Source: an uncultured bacterium (GTDB taxonomy: Bacteria > Abyssobacteria > SURF-5). From it: a DNA stretch of 12,452 nt. Made by a program: the position numbers and the translations under genes. The notes under the pieces were generated by a model. The model ran no database searches and had not been told where the DNA came from. It worked only from the letters and a program-made list of their open reading frames with translations. Shown one piece after another: positions 1 to 6,872 of this stretch; position 1 is the stretch's first letter, and each line of letters begins with the position of its first letter. The stretch is taken from contig CAZEBC010000124.1 in assembly GCA_964510165.1 (NCBI GenBank), positions 1-12,452 on the forward strand. Direction: 5' to 3'.

Positions 1-1275
1 GCCGCCGAGGAGCCGTCCGAACCGGAATGCCCCCTCGAACAACTCGCCCAGACATGGCGGGACTGGCCACAATCCGAGAACTTCAAGATCACCCTCGAAT
101 ACCGCAATTACACATACTTTGAGGACGAATTCCGAGGTGACAGCCGCGACTCGATAAACGAGGGCAGGCTGAGAATCGAATATGACAACTGCTTCCGCGA
201 CAACATGCGGGTGTACGTAAACGCGCTACTCCAGGATGACGATGACGACTTCACGCACGGCTGGGTGAACGACTTCGAGGACGACGACGTCAAGCGCAAC
301 CACCTCAATTTTCCGGAGGCATTCCTTGATGTTTACTTCGATACGTTTGACCTGCGCCTCGGCAAACAAATCGTCAACTGGGGCAAGGCCGACGCATTCA
401 ATCCGACCGACAACGTCACGCCCACCGATTACTCGAACCTGCTCGACGAAGAGGACATCGGGGCGGTCGCCGCCAGTCTGAACTACTACTGGAATGATTG
501 GGACTTGCAGCTCGTCGGCGTTCCCGGCTTCACCCCCACCAGGCTGCCTCCGAGAGGGACCCGCTTCTCGCTTATCCCGCCCGAGTCCTCGGCCTTCGTG
601 CAAGACCCCGAACTGCCCGCGAACATGGTCGACAACGCGCAGTTCGGCGCGAGGCTCAAGACCACGTATCGCGGATGGGATTTCTCGGCCAGCTACTATG
701 ATGGCATAAACGATATTCCTTCGCCCGAACTCAGAAGGACGCCCACGTTCCCCTTCCTCACAGTTGTGCCGGTGTTCAATCGGTTTCGCGCCGTCGGCGG
801 CGATTTCGCCACCACCTTCGACAAGCTCGGGTTCCACGGCGAGGCGGCCTATCTGAAATTCGACGGAGACACACAGGACGCGCGAATTCAATATGCGGTC
901 GGACTCGATTATCAGAAAAGCGACATTTTGTTTGACCACGACCTTTTTATCATAGTAGAATATTTGGGCGAGGAAGTGACCGAGGAAGGCGCTACCCTTG
1001 AAACCGATGCGCCACCCCTCGACCGGATATTCATGAGCGCGGTCGCTGTCAAGCTTACATATGAATTCACCGAATACACCCGCATCGAGATGAGGGGGGC
1101 GGTGGATTTTCATCAGGGGGAGGACTACTACGCCCAGCCGCAACTGGTTCACGACATGACCGACAACTTCCAGGTCGCGCTGGGATTCGACGTCATCGGC
1201 GGGCCAAGAGACACGTTCCTTGGCCAGTTCACGGGTAACGACAGGGTTTACTTGAAACTCAAGTATGCATTCTGA
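1..1275 (+). CDS. Outer-membrane beta-barrel protein (DUF1302-like, MMPL/RND-LolA-associated type), 5'-truncated by the window
   Basis: Frame 1 is open from base 1 (AAEEPSEPECPLEQ...) into the 205..1275 ORF. Alternating aromatic/hydrophobic beta-strands, motif DLRLGKQIVNWGKADAFNPTD, and a C-terminal beta-signal YLKLKYAF ending in Phe. Directly followed by a LolA-like gene. Confidence 0.75.
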   Translation, partial: AAEEPSEPECPLEQLAQTWRDWPQSENFKITLEYRNYTYFEDEFRGDSRDSINEGRLRIEYDNCFRDNMRVYVNALLQDDDDDFTHGWVNDFEDDDVKRNHLNFPEAFLDVYFDTFDLRLGKQIVNWGKADAFNPTDNVTPTDYSNLLDEEDIGAVAASLNYYWNDWDLQLVGVPGFTPTRLPPRGTRFSLIPPESSAFVQDPELPANMVDNAQFGARLKTTYRGWDFSASYYDGINDIPSPELRRTPTFPFLTVVPVFNRFRAVGGDFATTFDKLGFHGEAAYLKFDGDTQDARIQYAVGLDYQKSDILFDHDLFIIVEYLGEEVTEEGATLETDAPPLDRIFMSAVAVKLTYEFTEYTRIEMRGAVDFHQGEDYYAQPQLVHDMTDNFQVALGFDVIGGPRDTFLGQFTGNDRVYLKLKYAF

Positions 1276-1312
1276 GGAAGCGCCCTCGGGCGTTCATGGG
1301 AGGCACTGCACA

Positions 1313-2113
1313 ATGCGGCACTCGAAAGCCTGTGCGACGGTGTTCATAATAATGGCGCTGCTCTTGGCGCTCACTCTCACCAGCACTTCAGAAGAACTCA
1401 GCGGACGCCAGATAATCGAGCAGGAAGAAAAGCAGAACAAGGGCAAGGACGAATTCAACGAAATGAGCATGAAGCTCGTGAACGACCGCGGGCAGGAACG
1501 AAAGAGGAAAGTCGAATACTACCGACAGACCGATGCGGACGATAACGACAAGATTCTCATGCGGTTCCTTGAGCCTGCCGACGTGAAAGGCGTGGGCCTC
1601 CTCACCATCGAGCATTCCGACCGCGATGACGACCAGTGGCTTTATCTGCCAGCGCTGAAGAAGGTGCGCCGAATATCCTCTGCCGACCAGACTGACAACT
1701 TCATGGGGACCGACTTCACCTACGAGGACATACGCTCCGAGAAGTACGACGAGCATGAATACAAACTCGTACGGAGCGAGGTCATAGACGAAAAAGAATG
1801 TTACCTGATAGAAGCCCTCCCGGCCACCGAAAAACAGAAAAAGGAAAGTGGGTACAGCCGTCGCGAGATATGGGTCCGAAAGGACATCCTCCTTACGGTC
1901 CAGATCAAGTTCTACGATCGGAAGGGCGAGCTCATCAAGGTGGAAACCCGCAAGAACATCATCGAGGCCGCCCCCAACATCTACCGCCCCAATTTCATGG
2001 AGATGAAAAACCTCAAGACCGGCCATACCACCCAGCTCACCTTCGACCGGAGGCGGCTGAACCAGGGCATTCCCGACCGGATTTTTTCCGAGCGCGAACT
2101 CAAGAAGGGTTAG
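1313..2113 (+). CDS. Outer membrane lipoprotein-sorting protein (LolA-like family), secreted, 266 aa
   Basis: GGAGG at 1299-1303 precedes ATG 1313 (in frame with ORF 1265..2113). Hydrophobic signal peptide without a lipobox Cys. Family motifs FLEPADVKGVGLL, DDQWLYLPALKKVRRIS, FMGTDFTYED, FYDRKGELIK. Confidence 0.85.
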   Translation: MRHSKACATVFIIMALLLALTLTSTSEELSGRQIIEQEEKQNKGKDEFNEMSMKLVNDRGQERKRKVEYYRQTDADDNDKILMRFLEPADVKGVGLLTIEHSDRDDDQWLYLPALKKVRRISSADQTDNFMGTDFTYEDIRSEKYDEHEYKLVRSEVIDEKECYLIEALPATEKQKKESGYSRREIWVRKDILLTVQIKFYDRKGELIKVETRKNIIEAAPNIYRPNFMEMKNLKTGHTTQLTFDRRRLNQGIPDRIFSERELKKG

Positions 2114-2191
2114 CCGGCCCACTCTCTCCGGCGCGCGTCAAGAACCCCGAAAAATGCCTCGTCCCATTCCAAAATCCGCGCGCACACATGC

Positions 2192-2220
2192 TTGACAAGG
2201 GTTTCGCGTTGTGGTAGCAT
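2192..2220 (+). promoter_or_regulatory. sigma70-type promoter of rpsA
   Basis: TTGACA (2192-2197), 17-bp spacer, extended -10 TG-g-TAGCAT (TG 2212-2213, hexamer 2215-2220). Confidence 0.8.
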
Positions 2221-2250
2221 AATATGGTTTGCAACCACTCTTAATTCCCA

Positions 2251-2270
2251 GGAGGTTTTCACAGAAAACT
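2251..2270 (+). promoter_or_regulatory. rpsA ribosome-binding site with a hairpin between SD and AUG
   Basis: GGAGGT 2251-2256 lies 14 nt before ATG 2271. GTTTTC (2255-2260)/ACA/GAAAAC (2264-2269) is a perfect 6-bp stem. Confidence 0.6.
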
Positions 2271-4124
2271 ATGGTACTCGAAGACAAACAGGAAACACCC
2301 CGCGAAAAATCCGAAGCAGCGGCAAGCTCAACCCGCCAAGGCGCTTCCGAACAGAAGCTCTCCTCGCCGAGACCCGGCGAGAAACTCGAAGACATCGACT
2401 TTGAAAAGGTCGACATGGCCAAGGTCTATGAACAGACCCTCAAGGATTTCGAGGAAGGCGAAGTTGTCAGAGGCAGAATTGTTTCCATAGGGAGCGATTC
2501 GGCTCTCATTGATATCGGCTTCAAATCCGAAGGCACAATCCCGCTTAATGAATTTCCCGATCCCCGGGCAATACACGTCGGGGATGAGCTTGATGTCCTC
2601 ATCGAAATAGCCGAAGACCAGGACGGCATGATCGTCCTCTCCAAGACTAAGGCCGACAAGATCAAGAACTGGGCGAAGATACAAAAGCTCTACGAGGATA
2701 ATCAGCTCGTAGAGGGGAAGGTTATCAGAAAGGTGAAGGGCGGCTTCAAGGTCGATATCGGCCTCGATGCGTTCCTTCCCGCCTCCCAGATCGCGCGCAG
2801 GCCGGTCGGAGACCTCGAACAGTATATCGGCCAGACATACAAATTCAAGATCATCAAACTCACCAAGCGCCGCAGAAACGTCGTCTTGTCAAGAAAGCAG
2901 GTGCTCGAGGAAGCCAGGAGCGAGGAGAAGGCCAAGCTGCTCACCACGCTCGAGATCGGCAAGGTCCTCGAGGGCGTCGTCAAGAACATCACCGATTTCG
3001 GAGCCTTCATCGACGTCGGCGGAATTGACGGACTGCTGCACATCACCGACATGTCGTGGGGCCGAATCAAGCATCCCTCCGAAGTGGTGTCGGTCGGCGA
3101 CAGACTCAAGGTCAAGGTGCTCAACTTCAACAAGGAAGAAGAGAAAATATCGCTTGGCCTCAAACAGATGTCGGCAAATCCGTGGACACACGTCGAAGAG
3201 AAATATCCGGTCGGCGCCGTCGTTCGCGGTAAAGTGGTCAGCATGACCGATTACGGCGCATTTGTGCAACTCGAGGAAGGTGTCGAGGGTATGGTCCATA
3301 TCTCCGAGATGTCCTGGACCAAACGCGTCCGTCATCCCTCCGAGATCGTCCACATCGGACAGGAAATAGACGTCAAGCTCCTCAACGTCGACGCCAAGAA
3401 CGAGAAGATCTCTCTCGGCCTCAAACAGATCGGCGAGAATCCCTGGGTCAAGATGAAGGACAGATATCCGCCCGGAACCGTCGTCAACGGACTGGTCCGC
3501 AACCTCACCGATTACGGCGCGTTCATCCAGATCGAGGAGGGCATTGACGGTCTGCTTCACATCTCCGACATGTCGTGGACCAAGAAGATCAACCACCCGT
3601 CGGAAGTCCTCAAGAAGGGCGACCGCGTCGAGGTCCAAGTGCTCAATATCGACTCGGAGCATGAAAGAATATCGCTCGGCCTCAAACAGCTTGAGTCCGA
3701 CCCGTGGCGCGAAGTGGGCAACCGCTATCGCGTCGGCGATTACGTCGAAACCTCCATCTCAAAGCTGGTCTCCTTTGGCGCCTTCGCCCGTCTCGACAAC
3801 GGGATCGAAGGCCTTATCCACATCTCCGAGCTTTCGAAAGACCGCATCAACAAACCTGAGGAAATCGTTCACCCGGGCGACACGATAATCGTCAAGATCA
3901 TCAGCATAGACCCGTCCACTCGCAAAATAGGCCTCAGTCTCAAGCAGTACAAGGAAGACCTCGAGCAGGAGGACGTCTCCAAGTTCGGCAACAAGGATGC
4001 GGGCGGCGCCAGTCTGGGTGAGGTCTCCGGCGACAAACTCTCCGCGGTTGTCAGCGGAATACCCGAAGAAGCCGAGCCCGACGCGAGCGGAGACGCAAAA
4101 GAAGCCTCGGACGAAGGCGTCTGA
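2271..4124 (+). CDS. rpsA: 30S ribosomal protein S1, 617 aa
   Basis: Six S1 repeats (IDIGFKSEG; AFLPASQI; ITDFGAFIDVGGIDGLLHITDMSW; DYGAFVQLEEGVEGMVHISEMSW; DYGAFIQIEEGIDGLLHISDMSW; FGAFARLDNGIEGLIHISEL). ATG 2271 is preferred over TTG 2229 because of the SD and promoter position. Confidence 0.97.
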   Translation: MVLEDKQETPREKSEAAASSTRQGASEQKLSSPRPGEKLEDIDFEKVDMAKVYEQTLKDFEEGEVVRGRIVSIGSDSALIDIGFKSEGTIPLNEFPDPRAIHVGDELDVLIEIAEDQDGMIVLSKTKADKIKNWAKIQKLYEDNQLVEGKVIRKVKGGFKVDIGLDAFLPASQIARRPVGDLEQYIGQTYKFKIIKLTKRRRNVVLSRKQVLEEARSEEKAKLLTTLEIGKVLEGVVKNITDFGAFIDVGGIDGLLHITDMSWGRIKHPSEVVSVGDRLKVKVLNFNKEEEKISLGLKQMSANPWTHVEEKYPVGAVVRGKVVSMTDYGAFVQLEEGVEGMVHISEMSWTKRVRHPSEIVHIGQEIDVKLLNVDAKNEKISLGLKQIGENPWVKMKDRYPPGTVVNGLVRNLTDYGAFIQIEEGIDGLLHISDMSWTKKINHPSEVLKKGDRVEVQVLNIDSEHERISLGLKQLESDPWREVGNRYRVGDYVETSISKLVSFGAFARLDNGIEGLIHISELSKDRINKPEEIVHPGDTIIVKIISIDPSTRKIGLSLKQYKEDLEQEDVSKFGNKDAGGASLGEVSGDKLSAVVSGIPEEAEPDASGDAKEASDEGV

Positions 4125-4158
4125 GAGTCGGCCCTCGCAGATTCTGCAACGCATTTGG

Positions 4159-4188
4159 TGCAGGGGTGATTCGCGAATCGCCCCTGCA
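4159..4188. repeat. REP-like 30-bp palindrome, family A (GTAG-type), copy 1
   Basis: TGCAGGGGTGATTCG|CGAATCGCCCCTGCA: dyad with one T-G pair; 25/30 identical to 5553-5582. Confidence 0.8.
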
Positions 4189-4251
4189 ATTGGTTAGGCG
4201 TGGTGGAGCAGAGGCGCAACGGCAGCAAGCTCAAACATATTAATTTCTGCG

Positions 4252-4280
4252 GCGAGGCACATTCCTTCCTCGCTTTTTTT
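4252..4280 (+). terminator. Intrinsic terminator downstream of rpsA and upstream of apgM
   Basis: Stem GCGAGG (4252-4257)/CCTCGC (4268-4273), 10-nt loop, then T7 (4274-4280). Confidence 0.7.
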
Positions 4281-4329
4281 GTTATGAACGCGCGGGTTTC
4301 CTTGAACCGCGCCCGAGTCCGGTGAACCC

Positions 4330-5529
4330 ATGAAATTCGCACTCCTGGTAGGCGATGGAATGGCAGACTATCCGCTCGACGCGCTGGGCGGCGATACCCC
4401 GCTGGAGGCGGCGGATACGCCCAACATGGACGCGCTGGCCAGCGAGGGCACTGTCGGCATCGTACGCACCATCCCGAAAGGCGCAGTTCCCGGCAGCGAC
4501 ATCGCCAACCTCAACCTCCTCGGATACGATTCTGCCGCGTATTACACCGGCCGCGCTCCGCTCGAGGCCGCAAGCCGCGGAATCGAACTCGCCGCCAACG
4601 AGGTCGCGTTCCGGTGTAATCTCGTCACCGTCAATGACGGCGTGATGACCGACTACAGCGCGGGACACATCACGAGCGGCGAGGCCGCCGAACTCATCGC
4701 CCATATCGACCGGCAGCTTGGTGATTCCAACCTGAAATTCTATCCTGGTGTGAGTTACCGGCATCTCCTGATTGCGGGCGACGGCAAAGAAAGGCAATGG
4801 GACGCCCGACTCGCCTGCACGCCGCCCCACGACATTGTCGGCCAACCCATCGAGGCGTATCTGCCCCAAGGCGAGGATGCCCAGTATTTCAAGAGGCTCA
4901 TGTTCGACTCCATAGACCTGCTGTCGCGTCACCCGGTCAATCGCAAACGGGTTGAATCGAACAAGAGGCCCGCAAACATGATATGGCTGTGGGGACAGGG
5001 GAAACGCCCGTCAATGCCGACCTTCCCCAAGCTTTACGGCCTCTCTGGAGCGGTCATCTCCGCGGTCGACCTCATTCGCGGCATCGGCCTCTATGCCGGG
5101 TTCTCCGTCGTTCATGTGCCCGGCGCGACCGGCTATTTCGATACGGATTATTCCGCCAAGGCTCGATACGGGCTCGACGCTCTCAAGAGTGCGGATGTCT
5201 TGTTCATTCACGTCGAAGCGCCGGACGAGGCCGGCCACATCGGAAACGTCGAGGAAAAAATCAAGGCAATAGAGAATTTTGATAAGCTGGTCGTGGGGCC
5301 CATCGCCGATGGCATCTCACAATATCGTCCGCATCGCGTGATGGCGTTGCCCGACCACTACACTCCTATCGCGGTGAAAACGCACGTCGCCGACCCCGTC
5401 CCATTTGTCGTGTGGGGAGACGGGGTTTCGAAGGGAAGCGCCCGCCGCTTCAGCGAGGCCGAGGCGGCAAACACAGGCGTGTTTGTGGAGAAAGGGTTCG
5501 AACTGCTGCCGGCATATATCAGGGAATGA
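4330..5529 (+). CDS. apgM: Cofactor-independent phosphoglycerate mutase, archaeal/ApgM type ('proposed homoserine kinase' subfamily)
   Basis: N-terminal LVGDGMADYP, TPLEAADTPNMD, catalytic-Ser motif PGSDIANL, YTGRAPLEA, AFRCNLV, GVSYRH, PPHDI, WLWGQG, metal ligands HVEAPDEAGH and PDH. Adjacent to aspartate kinase. Confidence 0.9.
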   Translation: MKFALLVGDGMADYPLDALGGDTPLEAADTPNMDALASEGTVGIVRTIPKGAVPGSDIANLNLLGYDSAAYYTGRAPLEAASRGIELAANEVAFRCNLVTVNDGVMTDYSAGHITSGEAAELIAHIDRQLGDSNLKFYPGVSYRHLLIAGDGKERQWDARLACTPPHDIVGQPIEAYLPQGEDAQYFKRLMFDSIDLLSRHPVNRKRVESNKRPANMIWLWGQGKRPSMPTFPKLYGLSGAVISAVDLIRGIGLYAGFSVVHVPGATGYFDTDYSAKARYGLDALKSADVLFIHVEAPDEAGHIGNVEEKIKAIENFDKLVVGPIADGISQYRPHRVMALPDHYTPIAVKTHVADPVPFVVWGDGVSKGSARRFSEAEAANTGVFVEKGFELLPAYIRE

Positions 5530-5552
5530 GAGCTTTGGTATGACACCCGCAC

Positions 5553-5582
5553 TGTAGGGGCGGTTCGGGAACCGCCCCTGCA
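5553..5582. repeat. REP-like 30-bp palindrome, family A (GTAG-type), copy 2
   Basis: TGTAGGGGCGGTTC-GG-GAACCGCCCCTGCA: GTAG tetranucleotide at the stem foot, intergenic between apgM and lysC. Confidence 0.8.
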
Positions 5583-5631
5583 AGAGCGGCCAAATGGCCG
5601 TTCTCTTAACGATGGAGGTGGAAATCACTAC

Positions 5632-6867
5632 ATGGCGCTGATCGTCCAAAAATACGGCGGCACCTCGGTCGCCAATGTCGAGAAGATCAAGAATGTCGCC
5701 GCGCGCGTGGCGCGCACTCGCAAGGAAGGCAACAACCTGATTGTCGTCGTTTCGGCAATGGGTGAGATGACCGACGAACTCGTGGACCTCGCCCAGCAGA
5801 TAACCGATTCGCCCGATGAGCGCGAATACGACATGCTGCTCTCCACCGGCGAGCAGATTTCGGTCGCGCTTCTGGCGATGGCTCTGCACAACCTCGGCCT
5901 CGAGGCCATCTCGTTCACGGGCGTCCAGGTCGGCATCCGCACCGATGGATGGCACACAAAGGCGAGAATTCTCTCGATCGAGACCGCCCGAATCCAGAAG
6001 GAACTCGATGCGGGCCGGATCGCGATCGTGTGCGGTTTCCAGGGCGTTGACAGCGAGCTCGATATCACCACGCTCGGCCGTGGCGGATCGGACACGAGCG
6101 CGGTCGCCCTTGCGGCGGCGTTCAAGGCCGACCTGTGTGAGATATATACCGACGTCGACGGTGTCTATACCGCCGATCCGCGCATTGTGCCCCAGGCTCG
6201 CAAGCTTTCCATCATTTCCTACGACGAACTTCTCGAAATGGCCAGTCTCGGCGCCCAGGTGATGCAGCCGCGCGCCGTCGAGTTCGGAAAGAAATATGGC
6301 GTGCCCATGCGGATTCGCTCCAGCTTCAACGAGGACCCCGGCACGCTTGTCACCAAGGAGGTCGCATCAATGGAACAAGTTGTGATTAGCGGCGTCAGCC
6401 TGAACGAAAAGGAAGCGAAGATAACCCTTGTCGGCGTGCCCGACAAGCCCGGCGTGGCCGCGCAGATTTTCGACGCCATCGCCCAACGCAACATCGTCGT
6501 TGACATGATCATCCAGAACGTCAGCGAACAAGAACGCAGCGATATCTCGTTTACCGTGCCGAGGGACGACTTGAAGAAGACTGTCAGGGTCGTTGAGGAG
6601 ATAAGCAAGGCAGTCGGCGGCAGGGCGGTGCTTGCTGACGAAAAAATCGCTAAAGTCTCCGCCGTCGGCGTCGGCATGCGAAGCCATTCTGGCGTCGCCG
6701 CCAAGATGTTCAAGGCGCTCGCCGATGAGGGCATCAACATCGAGATGATCAGCACCTCGGAGATCAAGATTTCGTGCGTCGTGGACGCCGACCGGGGCCG
6801 CGACGCCCTCAGGGCCGTTCACAGGGCTTTCGAACTCGAAAGGGAAGTCGCCGCAGTCGAGGAATGA
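5632..6867 (+). CDS. lysC: Aspartate kinase (monofunctional, alpha subunit, two C-terminal ACT domains)
   Basis: MALIVQKYGGTSV, VVVSAMG, DMLLSTGEQ, GFQG, TTLGRGGSDTSA, TDVDGVYTADPRIV, ACT motifs VPDKPGVAA and STSEIKISC. SD GGAGGT at 5614-5619. Confidence 0.97.
   Translation: MALIVQKYGGTSVANVEKIKNVAARVARTRKEGNNLIVVVSAMGEMTDELVDLAQQITDSPDEREYDMLLSTGEQISVALLAMALHNLGLEAISFTGVQVGIRTDGWHTKARILSIETARIQKELDAGRIAIVCGFQGVDSELDITTLGRGGSDTSAVALAAAFKADLCEIYTDVDGVYTADPRIVPQARKLSIISYDELLEMASLGAQVMQPRAVEFGKKYGVPMRIRSSFNEDPGTLVTKEVASMEQVVISGVSLNEKEAKITLVGVPDKPGVAAQIFDAIAQRNIVVDMIIQNVSEQERSDISFTVPRDDLKKTVRVVEEISKAVGGRAVLADEKIAKVSAVGVGMRSHSGVAAKMFKALADEGINIEMISTSEIKISCVVDADRGRDALRAVHRAFELEREVAAVEE
6370..6867 (+). 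CDS. lysC: Aspartate kinase beta subunit, nested in-frame product from Met247 (165 aa)
   Basis: AAGGAGGT at 6355-6362, 7 nt before in-frame ATG 6370 (MEQVVISGV), at the start of the ACT region. Same arrangement as in alpha2beta2 aspartate kinases of Bacillus subtilis (AKII) and Corynebacterium. Confidence 0.8.
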   Translation: MEQVVISGVSLNEKEAKITLVGVPDKPGVAAQIFDAIAQRNIVVDMIIQNVSEQERSDISFTVPRDDLKKTVRVVEEISKAVGGRAVLADEKIAKVSAVGVGMRSHSGVAAKMFKALADEGINIEMISTSEIKISCVVDADRGRDALRAVHRAFELEREVAAVEE

Positions 6868-6872
6868 TGTCT

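Noticed and set aside
2113..2132. GCCGG/CCGGC stem after the LolA-like gene as a terminator
   Set aside because: Only 5 bp with a 10-nt loop and no U-tract.
2980..3830. Nucleotide repeats in rpsA (ACCGATTACGGCGC, GGCCTCAAACAG, ATGTCGTGG)
   Set aside because: Explained by the tandem S1 domains; not an independent repeat element.
4201..4209. TGGTGGAGC = reverse complement of GCTCCACCA (tRNA-Ala/tmRNA-like 3' end, possible att scar)
   Set aside because: Only 9 nt, no T-arm at the proper distance, does not match the window's tRNA end, and no integrase is nearby.
4205..4250. AGAGGCGC resembling the 5' start of a lysine riboswitch upstream of an operon containing lysC
   Set aside because: Only about 40 nt separate it from the terminator. 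The aptamer needs roughly 170 nt with P2-P5, which are absent. No T-box, SAM-I or Thr/Ile-rich leader peptide was recognisable either.
6774..6863. Arg-rich N-terminal extension of CimA given in the ORF track
   Set aside because: It overlaps the lysC 3' end in another frame. Family similarity begins at [13 protein letters not shown], with GAGG at 6859-6862 supporting the later start.
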